A stretch of DNA of 21,266 nt from a bacterium (lineage in GTDB: Bacteria > Hydrothermota > 32-111), in the NCBI GenBank assembly GCA_050239825.1, contig JBFXGO010000003.1, forward strand, positions 1-21,266, written 5' to 3'. The position numbers and the translations under genes are program-made. The notes under the pieces were generated by a model that saw nothing but the letters and a program-made list of their open reading frames with translations, was not told the origin of the DNA and did not search any database. Positions 1 through 8,741 of the stretch are shown here, in pieces. The stretch's first letter is position 1. Every line of letters begins with the position of its first letter.

Positions 1-1
1 A

Positions 2-616
2 AGAGATATAATCAATAACGGAAGGGAGAAGATAGAGAGATTGTCAATGGAGGTTGGCGAGATAGAGTCGGATAAGGAATACAAACTGACAGTGATAACA
101 ACCAACCCGAACAAGAACTACCCATATATTTTGATGATAGACGGAATAGCTGTTGATACGATAGATAAAGAGGAGGAGACGGCAGAGGTTTATCTGACAG
201 AGGATATGAAATCGGACAACACGATATTGATAACACTTGACAGGGTAAAGGGAAACCCGAACAGGGTTGCAGAGATGGAGATACGGAAGTATGATGAAGT
301 GACAAATGTGTCAATACTCGGAAGCGCCATAGTTAAAATGATTACAGAGAAGAAGGGAATAAAAGAGCATGTGAAGATAAAGACAATGAGCAAAGGAATG
401 ATAGAGATGACAATAGAAGGAGACTGTGGCGGAAATCTTGAGATGGAGATATATGATGTGACAGGCAGGAAAATTAAGAAAGAGACTTTTAAAGATTTAA
501 AAAACGGATATAATGAGCTAAGCTTAAATGCAAATGAACTGACAGGAGGCGTGTACTTCTACAGATTAAATACAAAATCAAACCAATACAAAGGAAAGAT
601 TGTTTTGATTAAATAA
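2..616 (+). CDS. T9SS type A sorting (C-terminal) domain-containing secreted protein, 5'-truncated by the window edge
   Basis: The frame is open from position 2 (RDIINNGREKIERLSMEVGE...), so the ORF-track start at 41 is probably internal. The C-terminus has the T9SS CTD pattern EIYDVTGRKIK...LTGGVYFYRL...KGKIVLIK-stop. Confidence 0.85.
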   Translation, partial: RDIINNGREKIERLSMEVGEIESDKEYKLTVITTNPNKNYPYILMIDGIAVDTIDKEEETAEVYLTEDMKSDNTILITLDRVKGNPNRVAEMEIRKYDEVTNVSILGSAIVKMITEKKGIKEHVKIKTMSKGMIEMTIEGDCGGNLEMEIYDVTGRKIKKETFKDLKNGYNELSLNANELTGGVYFYRLNTKSNQYKGKIVLIK

Positions 617-659
617 ATATTTTGTTTATCTATCTTTACTTGAAAAATACAATCTTAAC

Positions 660-688
660 TTGACAAAAATTGGTTTTTATACTATAAT
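660..688 (+). promoter_or_regulatory. sigma70-type promoter for rpmB
   Basis: Perfect consensus: TTGACA (660-665), 17 bp spacer, TATAAT (683-688). RBS AGGAG at 711-715 precedes ATG 721. Confidence 0.9.
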
Positions 689-720
689 AAAAAACTTAAT
701 ATTTTAGCATAGGAGTACTT

Positions 721-912
721 ATGGCAAACAAGTGTGAAATATGCGGAAAGAAACCACAGTTCGGTTCTACGGTTTCGCATGCGCACAATGTAACAAAAAA
801 GACAAGGATGCCCAATCTCAGAAGAGTGAAAGCAGAAGTCGAAAAACAGACAAAATACATATATGTCTGCTCAAGATGCATGCGTTCGGGCAAAGTTAAA
901 AAGTCCGTATAA
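721..912 (+). CDS. rpmB: 50S ribosomal protein L28 (zinc-ribbon, C+ form)
   Basis: 63 aa basic protein: MANKCEICGKKPQFGSTVSHAHN..TKK...PNL...YVCSRCMRS, with two CxxC pairs. Confidence 0.97.
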   Translation: MANKCEICGKKPQFGSTVSHAHNVTKKTRMPNLRRVKAEVEKQTKYIYVCSRCMRSGKVKKSV

Positions 913-915
913 CTA

Positions 916-944
916 TTGACACATTAGCTTTTATGATTTATATT
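916..944 (+). promoter_or_regulatory. sigma70-type promoter for the porV-truB-...-GT operon
   Basis: TTGACA (916-921), 17 bp spacer, TATATT (939-944). RBS AGGAGA at 963-968 precedes ATG 974. Confidence 0.75.
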
Positions 945-973
945 TATCCTAAAGTTAATTTTAGGAGAAAATA

Positions 974-2035
974 ATGAAAAAATTTCTTGTTTTAATAGTT
1001 TTTTTGTTCTCTACAACAGTACTAGTCTTTTCAACCGCCTCCCAAGCAGGTGCGATATTTCTGATGATCTATCCGGGCTCTCGCGCCGTAGGTATGGGCA
1101 ATGCGTACACTGCTATTGCAGACGATGCGCTTGCATCCTACTACAATCCTGCCGGGCTGGGTTTGCAGGAGAAAAGAGATATAGTGCTCATGCATGTCGA
1201 ATGGCTGCCGGGATTAAATTTGGGTATGTATTATGAGTTCGCAGGAGCTGTCGTGCCGACAAAGTACGGAGTCTTCGGCGGAAGCCTCATTTACCTGACG
1301 ACAGGAGAGACATCTGCATCCGAAAGCAATGACGAAACAGCCACATGGAACACATTCGACCTCGCAGTTACTCTATCTTACGCCTATAAGCTGAAAGAGA
1401 ATCTTTCGTTAGGCGCTTCAGGCAAATTCATCTATTCATTTTTAGCCCCAGATTGGGTAGTTCAGGATTTTTCCATCGGAAGCGGCGGACAAGGGCAATC
1501 AGTGGCGCTTGACCTCGGAGTTTTGTACAATGTCGGCAAAACAACCACTCTTGGAGCTTCACTCTCCAACATGGGTCCCGGCATCCAGTACATTGCTGAA
1601 GGTTCAATAGACGACCTTCCATGCGCTCTCAGGCTCGGGATAAAGCAGATGATAATTGAAAACAAACTCAACAAACTGCTTTTCACCACCGATATAACAA
1701 AGGTATTCGCAGGGATTAATTTGGATTCCCTCAATGACTCCGACTTTGTCTTTGAATTCTCAAGACTCGCTGAGAAAAAAGATTCATCAAATCTCAGCAT
1801 GCTCGAAGCGGAGTTCCTTGACACATGGCTTTCTTTCGGACTTGAATACCTTTATTATGACCTGTTCGCACTCCGCGCAGGATACTTCCTGGATTACTAT
1901 GGCGAGAGGAAGGGATTCACGTTCGGCGGAGGAGTAGTTGTCAAAAACAGCATCAGGATAGACATTGGCGTTGATCAGGACATCTACAATTTCGATACAA
2001 CGAACTATCGCATCTCTATCGGCTTCAAATGGTAA
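974..2035 (+). CDS. PorV/PorQ-family (FadL-like) outer-membrane beta-barrel protein of the type IX secretion system
   Basis: Signal peptide, then FLMIYPGSRAVGMGNAYTAIADDALASYYNPAGL (PorV/FadL N-terminal signature), amphipathic beta strands and an aromatic C-terminal beta-signal (ISIGFKW). Confidence 0.85.
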   Translation: MKKFLVLIVFLFSTTVLVFSTASQAGAIFLMIYPGSRAVGMGNAYTAIADDALASYYNPAGLGLQEKRDIVLMHVEWLPGLNLGMYYEFAGAVVPTKYGVFGGSLIYLTTGETSASESNDETATWNTFDLAVTLSYAYKLKENLSLGASGKFIYSFLAPDWVVQDFSIGSGGQGQSVALDLGVLYNVGKTTTLGASLSNMGPGIQYIAEGSIDDLPCALRLGIKQMIIENKLNKLLFTTDITKVFAGINLDSLNDSDFVFEFSRLAEKKDSSNLSMLEAEFLDTWLSFGLEYLYYDLFALRAGYFLDYYGERKGFTFGGGVVVKNSIRIDIGVDQDIYNFDTTNYRISIGFKW

Positions 2036-2039
2036 GATA

Positions 2040-2894
2040 GTGAATTTCATTCTCAATATAAATAAAGAGAAGTCGCTATCATCATTTGATGTCATAAGGT
2101 TCCTGAGAAGAAAATTCAATGAAAGGCGCATGGGCTTTCAGGGCACTCTTGATGTCTTTGCTGAAGGCGTTCTGCCCGTATTCGCAGGTTCTTGCACTAA
2201 AATAATCCCATTTCTTGAAAAGGACTGCAAAGAGTATTCATTCAGGATAGTTCTCGGAATTATGACTGATACTCTTGATATGACAGGCAGGATAATAAAA
2301 GAGGAAGATTTCAGCAGGAGCATCTCCAAAGAGGATGTTGAGAAAACAATAAATGAGCATTTCATTAATGATTATATTCAGAGGGTTCCTGCATACTCGG
2401 CAGTCAAGATAAAGGGCACTCCTGCATATAAACTTGCAAGAAGAGGAGAGTCCGTAGAAACTCCCTCAAAAAAGGTCTTTATACATTCATTTAAGATTGA
2501 TTCCGCCGAAAACAAAGAAATCTGCGGGAGCTTGAGAGTCTCTCCCGGATTCTATGTAAGGCAATTCGCCTGTGACCTCGGAGAGAAACTTTCAACAGTC
2601 GGTTCACTGGCAGAGCTTACAAGAACAGAGAGCGGCGTATTTAAAATAGAGGATTCGATAAGAATGGAAGATGCTGTAACTGAAAGCTTTATCAGCGTAA
2701 AAGAAGCATTCGGCGGAGCAATGAAAACTGTGTATCTTGAAGAAAAGGAGATGAAAGATTTGAAAAACGGAAAAGCGATAGAGTGCGATGATTCTTTTGA
2801 AGGCGCAGTGCTTGCGCTGAACAAAGAAGAATCCGAGTGCATTATCGCGGCTGCCTCGAAAAATGTCATGAGAGTGAAGAGAGTCATATATTGA
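2040..2894 (+). CDS. truB: tRNA pseudouridine(55) synthase
   Basis: GTLD catalytic motif, KEY, TDTLD..G, P.YSAVKIKG..AYKLARRG, G.YVR...DLG, L.RT..G.F. The likely start is GTG 2040, 4 nt after the porV stop (the track start at 1965 lies inside porV). Confidence 0.93.
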   Translation: MNFILNINKEKSLSSFDVIRFLRRKFNERRMGFQGTLDVFAEGVLPVFAGSCTKIIPFLEKDCKEYSFRIVLGIMTDTLDMTGRIIKEEDFSRSISKEDVEKTINEHFINDYIQRVPAYSAVKIKGTPAYKLARRGESVETPSKKVFIHSFKIDSAENKEICGSLRVSPGFYVRQFACDLGEKLSTVGSLAELTRTESGVFKIEDSIRMEDAVTESFISVKEAFGGAMKTVYLEEKEMKDLKNGKAIECDDSFEGAVLALNKEESECIIAAASKNVMRVKRVIY

Positions 2895-3829
2895 ATATTT
2901 ATTATGGTCTCGACTCATTCTCAAAATTGTCGAAGAGCCCCGTCATAACAGTGGGGTCATTCGACGGTCTTCACAGAGGTCACATAAAAGTTCTGCAGAA
3001 GCTGAGCAGTATTTCAAGAGAGTTTTCAGTCGAAAACTGTGTCATTACATTTGACCCCCATCCGAGAATACTTCTAAGCGATATCAAGGAGAATTTTCTG
3101 CTTTCCACTCTTCAGGAGAAAATGTACCTTCTCGAAACAACGGGAACAGTAGACAATATTCTTGCAATACCGTTCGACAAGTCATTCTCGCAGATATCCT
3201 CATCCGATTTCATTGAATCTGTAATTCTAAAGAATGTCTCTCCCAAAGCGATAATTGTCGGATATGATACGCATTTCGGGAAAAACAGAATGGGAGATGT
3301 AACTATGCTGAAGAGTATTTTGAACAAACATCAGACCGCGATAGAAATAGTAGAACCCGCGACAAGCGACGGACAGGTTGTTTCAAGCTCTCTAATAAGA
3401 AAATACATAAGATTCGGAGAGGTTTCAACCGCGAACGAACTTCTGGGATACAAGTATTTTCTGCAGGGTCATGTTGTGAGAGGCGAGGGAAGGGGAGCGG
3501 TTCTCGGATTTCCCACAGCCAATATTGAATTCACCGACAGATTGAAGATACTTCCTCAGAACGGAGTGTATGCCGTCTCTGTCTTCTATGACGGCAGAGA
3601 GTACCGCGGGATGATGAACATAGGGAAGAGACCGACATTTGAAGAGTCTCTTTCAATGGAGGTTCACATAATTGATTTCAATGATAATCTTTATAATAAG
3701 ATGCTGAAGATAAGTTTTATTAAACGACTCAGGGACGAAGTAAGGTTTGAGAGCCCTGCGGATCTTATCGAACAACTGAAAAAAGACAAAGAAGAAATAA
3801 AAAATATAAAGGAGGCTTTATGGCACTGA
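2891..3829 (+). CDS. ribF: bifunctional riboflavin kinase / FAD synthetase
   Basis: [54 protein letters not shown]. The likely start is TTG 2891, overlapping the truB TGA (TTGA). Confidence 0.96.
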   Translation: MNIYYGLDSFSKLSKSPVITVGSFDGLHRGHIKVLQKLSSISREFSVENCVITFDPHPRILLSDIKENFLLSTLQEKMYLLETTGTVDNILAIPFDKSFSQISSSDFIESVILKNVSPKAIIVGYDTHFGKNRMGDVTMLKSILNKHQTAIEIVEPATSDGQVVSSSLIRKYIRFGEVSTANELLGYKYFLQGHVVRGEGRGAVLGFPTANIEFTDRLKILPQNGVYAVSVFYDGREYRGMMNIGKRPTFEESLSMEVHIIDFNDNLYNKMLKISFIKRLRDEVRFESPADLIEQLKKDKEEIKNIKEALWH

Positions 3830-4089
3830 AGAAAGAAAAGAAACAGGAACTGATAACAAAGTTCAAAGTAACAGAGAGCGACACAGGATCGCCGGAAGTG
3901 CAGATTGCGCTTTTGACGGAGAGGATCAACGCAATATCCTCTCACCTGCAGACCTTCAAAAAGGACATCCACTCCAGGAGAGGACTTCTGCAGCTTGTAG
4001 GAAAGAGAAGACGCTTGCTTGATTATCTTATGACAAAGGATTTTGAGAGATACAAGAAAGTGATAAGAGAACTGAATATCAGGAAGTAA
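3820..4089 (+). CDS. rpsO: 30S ribosomal protein S15
   Basis: [16 protein letters not shown]...[37 protein letters not shown] upstream. Confidence 0.98.
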   Translation: MALKKEKKQELITKFKVTESDTGSPEVQIALLTERINAISSHLQTFKKDIHSRRGLLQLVGKRRRLLDYLMTKDFERYKKVIRELNIRK

Positions 4090-4104
4090 GGGAGGCACCA
4101 TATT

Positions 4105-6264
4105 ATGGAGCAAATTATTAAAGGCGCTTTCGGCAGGCATCAGCTTGAGATATCCAGCGGCAAGCTTGCTAAACAGGCAAACGGCTCCGTGGTTGTGAAA
4201 CTGGATGACAACATAGTCCTCGTTACCGCAGTCGCAACTAAGGATAAGAAGGAAGGACAGGACTTTTTCCCTCTGACCGTAGAGTATAGGGAGAGATACT
4301 ATGCCACGGGAAAGATCCCGGGAGGATTTTTCAAGAGAGAAGGAAAGCCGCGCGACAGAGAGGTCCTTGCATCAAGGCTTATTGACAGGCCAATCAGGCC
4401 TCTCTTTCCGGACGATTTCATGAATGAAACGCAAATTGTGGCGACAGCGCTCTCTGCAGACGGAAGAATTGATACGGATTTCTTAGGAGTCATCGGAGCA
4501 TCAGCGGCATTAATGGCTTCCGACATACCGTTTAACGGGCCTGTCGGAGCTTGCAGAGTTGCTCTGGTTGGCGGAAATCTGATAGACACCCCTTCATTTG
4601 AGGAGCTTCAGAATGCGGATATGGATGTCGTACTTGCCGGAACCGAGAATACAATTACAACAATTGAATCTTCCGCCAATGAAGTTTCTGAAGAAAACAT
4701 GCTGAGAGCTCTCGAGTTCGGACATGAAAGAATAAAGGAATCAATAAAAATCCAAAAAGAGCTTGTCAAAAACCTGACAATAAAAAAAATGACCTATGAC
4801 CCGTTCGTTATACCTGCAGAACTCAAAGAGAAGGTAAAAGCGGCGGCTGAGACCGAGCTTCCAAGAGTCAATGACATTAAAGAAAAACAGGAGAGGAACG
4901 AAGAGTTCTATGTTCTTGTAAAAAAAATATCTGAATCCCTCAAGGATGAGTTTCCTGATTTTGAATTCATAATTCCTGAACTTGTGGAAGATGTCAGAAA
5001 ATCAATGATAAGAAAGAGAATCATCAATGAAGGAGTGAGGCTTGACGGACGCGGAGTCAAAGACATAAGAAATATAGCATGTGAAATCGGCGTTATGCCG
5101 AGGATACACGGATCAGCGCTATTCACTCGCGGCGAGACCCAGTCCTTAGGATGCCTTACTCTCGGCACTTCTTCCGATGAACAGGTTATAGAGGACCTTG
5201 AAGGAGAATCGAAAAAGACATTTATGCTTCATTACAACTTCCCTCCATTCTCAGTGGGAGAGGTTGGAAGGATGAGCGGACCCGGAAGACGCGAAATCGG
5301 ACACGGATTTCTTGCGGAAAAATCAATACAAGCTATAATACCGTCGGAAGAAAAATTTCCTTATACAATAAGGATTGTCTCCGAGATACTAGAATCAAAC
5401 GGATCCTCATCAATGGCATCTGTATGTTCCGGCTCCCTCGCTTTGATGGATGCTGGAGTGCCCATTAAAACGCATGTTGCCGGAATCGCAATGGGTTTGA
5501 TAGCTCATGAGGGAGGCAATGTCATTCTTTCGGATATCATGGGAGAAGAGGACCATTATGGAGACATGGACTTCAAGGTGGCGGGAACAAGAGACGGAAT
5601 AACAGGCCTGCAGCTTGACACAAAAATCGAAGGGATAACCATGGATATCCTCAAACAGGGATTCTCTCAGGCAAAAGAGGGAAGGATGCATATCCTTTCA
5701 ATAATGGAGAGCGCAATTTCCAAACCAAAGGAATCTCTTTCACAGTATGCTCCAAGGCTCATAATGTTCACTGTGCCCAAGGACAAAATTGGTCTTGTAA
5801 TAGGACCCGGCGGCAAGATGATTCGTTCAATCATTGAGATCACCGGAGTCAAGATTGACATTGACGATGACGGAAAGGTCACAATTGCATCAACTGACGG
5901 AGAAAGCTCGGAAAAAGCAAGAAACATGATTACATCTCTTGTCAAAGAAGTTGAAAGAGGAGAAGTTTATCAGGGAAAGATAGTCAAAATAACAAACTTC
6001 GGCGCATTCATCGAACTGCTACCCGGTAAAGAGGCTCTGCTTCATATTTCTCAGTATGCTCATGAAAGAATAAATAATCTTTCCGACCATATCAGAATAG
6101 GAGACATTGTTGAGGTGAAGGTTATCGGAATAGACGACAATGGAAAGGTAAGTGTTTCGAGAAAAGCTCTGCTTAACCCTTCAGCCCAACCTGCTTCAAG
6201 GCATTACCAAAAGAGTTATGATGAGAGAAACGAAAATAGCAGAAATTCCTCAGAAGATAAATAA
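4105..6264 (+). CDS. pnp: polyribonucleotide nucleotidyltransferase (PNPase)
   Basis: DFFPLTVEY, GKIPGGFFKREG, RLIDRPIRPLFP, FTRGETQ, RREIGHG, SNGSSSMAS, DHYGDMDFKVAGT, followed by KH (IGPGGK) and S1 domains. Confidence 0.98.
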   Translation: MEQIIKGAFGRHQLEISSGKLAKQANGSVVVKLDDNIVLVTAVATKDKKEGQDFFPLTVEYRERYYATGKIPGGFFKREGKPRDREVLASRLIDRPIRPLFPDDFMNETQIVATALSADGRIDTDFLGVIGASAALMASDIPFNGPVGACRVALVGGNLIDTPSFEELQNADMDVVLAGTENTITTIESSANEVSEENMLRALEFGHERIKESIKIQKELVKNLTIKKMTYDPFVIPAELKEKVKAAAETELPRVNDIKEKQERNEEFYVLVKKISESLKDEFPDFEFIIPELVEDVRKSMIRKRIINEGVRLDGRGVKDIRNIACEIGVMPRIHGSALFTRGETQSLGCLTLGTSSDEQVIEDLEGESKKTFMLHYNFPPFSVGEVGRMSGPGRREIGHGFLAEKSIQAIIPSEEKFPYTIRIVSEILESNGSSSMASVCSGSLALMDAGVPIKTHVAGIAMGLIAHEGGNVILSDIMGEEDHYGDMDFKVAGTRDGITGLQLDTKIEGITMDILKQGFSQAKEGRMHILSIMESAISKPKESLSQYAPRLIMFTVPKDKIGLVIGPGGKMIRSIIEITGVKIDIDDDGKVTIASTDGESSEKARNMITSLVKEVERGEVYQGKIVKITNFGAFIELLPGKEALLHISQYAHERINNLSDHIRIGDIVEVKVIGIDDNGKVSVSRKALLNPSAQPASRHYQKSYDERNENSRNSSEDK

Positions 6265-7492
6265 AAAGCTTCTGAGAAATGGGTCTATGCTCATAGGAGA
6301 GGAGATACAATATCTCCACTCCTTTATTTTCGGGATTTATATAAAGACAGGCTCTGACAATGAGCCTGTCTCATATAACGGAATATCCCATCTTGTCGAG
6401 CATATACTTTTTAAGGGGACAAAAAGAAGAAGCGCCGAGCAGATGGCTCTTGATATTGAGAATCTCGGCGGCGTCATGAATGCTTATACAGCTCGGGATC
6501 ACACATGCTTTTATGTAAAATCGATGCCGAAGAATTTCGAGAGCATTTTTAATCTCTTTCAGGAGATGGTGTATGAACCTCTATTGAGCTCTGTTCAGCT
6601 CGAGAAAGAAAAGAATGTGATTATTGAAGAGATTAGGTCCGCGTATGATGATCCTGAAGACCTGGCGTTTCAAAATTTAAACTCTGTCATTTTCAAGGAC
6701 TCTCAGTATGAAAAATCAATATTGGGAACAGAGGAGAAGGTTAAATCAATAAGCAGAAAGGCGCTCGAAGATTATATAAACAAATACTATACCAACGGAA
6801 ACATGTTTTACGCTTATGCGGGGCCTCTCGATTTTAAGAGCGCATGCGGTGTCTTCAATGATGCCTCGAAAAGAGAGGGAAGAGTGGCGGCTATGAGATC
6901 CGGGAATGTGCCGGAAATCAAGGGAACATTCAAATACGAATATAAGGAATCATTGCAGCAATACCATATTGCAATGGGAATAAAGACAGGCAGTTTCATT
7001 TCAAAGGACAGATATGCACTGATGATGCTCGTCTCAATACTTGGCGCCGGGATGTCATCAAGATTGTTCAGAATTTTAAGAGAGGAGAATGGTTTGGTTT
7101 ATTCCGTATATTCCTTCACCGAATTTTTTAAGGAATCGGGAACTGCGGGGATATATTTTGCATGCAATGAAAAAAATATTTCAAAAACAATGAAGATAAT
7201 CAGAAAGCAACTTAATGAAATACGAAGAACGGGAGTGACAAAGGCGGAGATGGAGAAAGTCAAGAATCAGCTTCTGACAAATCTTGCCATGAGCTATGAT
7301 TCACTCTCAGGTAGAATGAGTTTACTATCGAGGTCTCTTCTCTATCATGATGAGATAATAAAGTTTGATGACCTGCTTTCTCAGTTTGAAAGAGTGACAA
7401 GGGATGAGATAAAAGAGGCGGCTGAAAGATATTTTGAATATGATTCTTTCAATATATCGGTTGTAGGAGCAAAAAAAGAATTTGTTTTATGA
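6218..7492 (+). CDS. M16 family (pitrilysin/insulinase-like) zinc peptidase
   Basis: Inverted zinc motif HLVEH..FKGT, NAYT, EK.VIIEEI, G.GMSSRLF..LREE.GLVYSV. This is the usual pnp neighbour. The start is uncertain (ATG 6218 or 6221, overlapping the pnp end). Confidence 0.92.
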   Translation: MMRETKIAEIPQKINKKLLRNGSMLIGEEIQYLHSFIFGIYIKTGSDNEPVSYNGISHLVEHILFKGTKRRSAEQMALDIENLGGVMNAYTARDHTCFYVKSMPKNFESIFNLFQEMVYEPLLSSVQLEKEKNVIIEEIRSAYDDPEDLAFQNLNSVIFKDSQYEKSILGTEEKVKSISRKALEDYINKYYTNGNMFYAYAGPLDFKSACGVFNDASKREGRVAAMRSGNVPEIKGTFKYEYKESLQQYHIAMGIKTGSFISKDRYALMMLVSILGAGMSSRLFRILREENGLVYSVYSFTEFFKESGTAGIYFACNEKNISKTMKIIRKQLNEIRRTGVTKAEMEKVKNQLLTNLAMSYDSLSGRMSLLSRSLLYHDEIIKFDDLLSQFERVTRDEIKEAAERYFEYDSFNISVVGAKKEFVL

Positions 7493-7923
7493 AGAACATA
7501 AAAGTAAAAGTCTTGACGGATGATAATGTTGCGCTTCCCGCATACATGACTGAGGGTTCATCAGGAGCCGACCTCTTCGCGATTGAGGATACTCTTATCA
7601 AACCCAAAGAGGCTGTCCTTGTGAAAACAGGTGTCAGAATTGAAATGGAGAGCGGCTGCGAGTGCCAGATTCGGCCGAGAAGCGGATATTCATTCAAAAA
7701 CAGAATTCTTATATTGAATTCTCCCGGAACAATTGACTCGGATTACAGGGGAGAGATATGTGTTATTATGTATAATCTTTCAGATAAGGAATTTACTGTA
7801 AAAAAAGGCGACAGAATCGCGCAGATGGTCTTTTCACAAGTTTTAAAAGCCGAGTTCGTCAGAGATAATCTCAATGAAAGCAAGAGGGGAGAGGGCGGCT
7901 TCGGCCATACGGGCGGAATGTGA
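7489..7923 (+). CDS. dut: dUTP diphosphatase (trimeric dUTPase)
   Basis: All five motifs present: SGADL, RPRSG, GTIDSDYRGE, GDRIAQ, RGEGGFGHTG. Confidence 0.97.
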   Translation: MKNIKVKVLTDDNVALPAYMTEGSSGADLFAIEDTLIKPKEAVLVKTGVRIEMESGCECQIRPRSGYSFKNRILILNSPGTIDSDYRGEICVIMYNLSDKEFTVKKGDRIAQMVFSQVLKAEFVRDNLNESKRGEGGFGHTGGM

Positions 7924-8741
7924 TGTACATTTATTTTAGGTTAATGGGCGTCATTATGCCATTCTTATCATTCACGATAATTGATATTTTATCTGAAATG
8001 ATCGGGAGCATGCTCTATTATTCACACAACTGGAGAGTCAATGCCATTGAGGAGAATCTGAAGTCGGTGGGGGCTGAAAATTTTAGAACAAGGATGATTT
8101 TTGTCAACATGGCAAAGAATCATTTTGAACTTTTAAAACTTTACAGAATGAGCAATAAGAAACTAAAAGAAATTACAGAAATTGATGCTTTCATTCAATT
8201 AGAGCAGTATAAAAAGAATACATTTGTGCTGACCGGCCATTTCGGCAATTGGGAGGTTGCTCCCAACTATGTTTCAGTAGCTGGAATGAAGGCCTGCACT
8301 ATAGCGGAGTTTAAGAATGTCGGAGAAAAAATGTACAGAATACTGGAATTATTCAGGGGAAGATACGGGATGATTGTATATCCTCTGGAAGATTCCTCGA
8401 CCATATTGAAATTGAGAGACAGATACAATGAAGGGTACACACCCTTTCTTCTTATCGACAGGGATATAACAAAAACTGGAATACCGGTTAAAGCCGGGAG
8501 CAGGATTTTGATGATACCCAAAGGACCCTTTTTTATGGCTAAGAAGTTCGGTTCAAGAATAGTGATTGGGGCTTTCGTAAGAAACAATTCAAAAAAGTAC
8601 AGATTCAGGATCGTTTTGAAGGATTTGGGAAAAACAGATTCTGTTGAAACAGGAGCGCAGAAGTCAATAAATTCGCTCCTTGAAATGATTCGAATGTATC
8701 CGGAACAATGGTTTGCTTTTGATTTAAACTGGGAGAAATGA
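7920..8741 (+). CDS. LpxL/PatA-family (lysophospholipid/glycolipid) acyltransferase
   Basis: Catalytic HFGNWE (Hx4E), DRD, P.GP..MA and C-terminal YPEQWF. Start is GTG 7920 or ATG 7923. Confidence 0.85.
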   Translation: MMYIYFRLMGVIMPFLSFTIIDILSEMIGSMLYYSHNWRVNAIEENLKSVGAENFRTRMIFVNMAKNHFELLKLYRMSNKKLKEITEIDAFIQLEQYKKNTFVLTGHFGNWEVAPNYVSVAGMKACTIAEFKNVGEKMYRILELFRGRYGMIVYPLEDSSTILKLRDRYNEGYTPFLLIDRDITKTGIPVKAGSRILMIPKGPFFMAKKFGSRIVIGAFVRNNSKKYRFRIVLKDLGKTDSVETGAQKSINSLLEMIRMYPEQWFAFDLNWEK

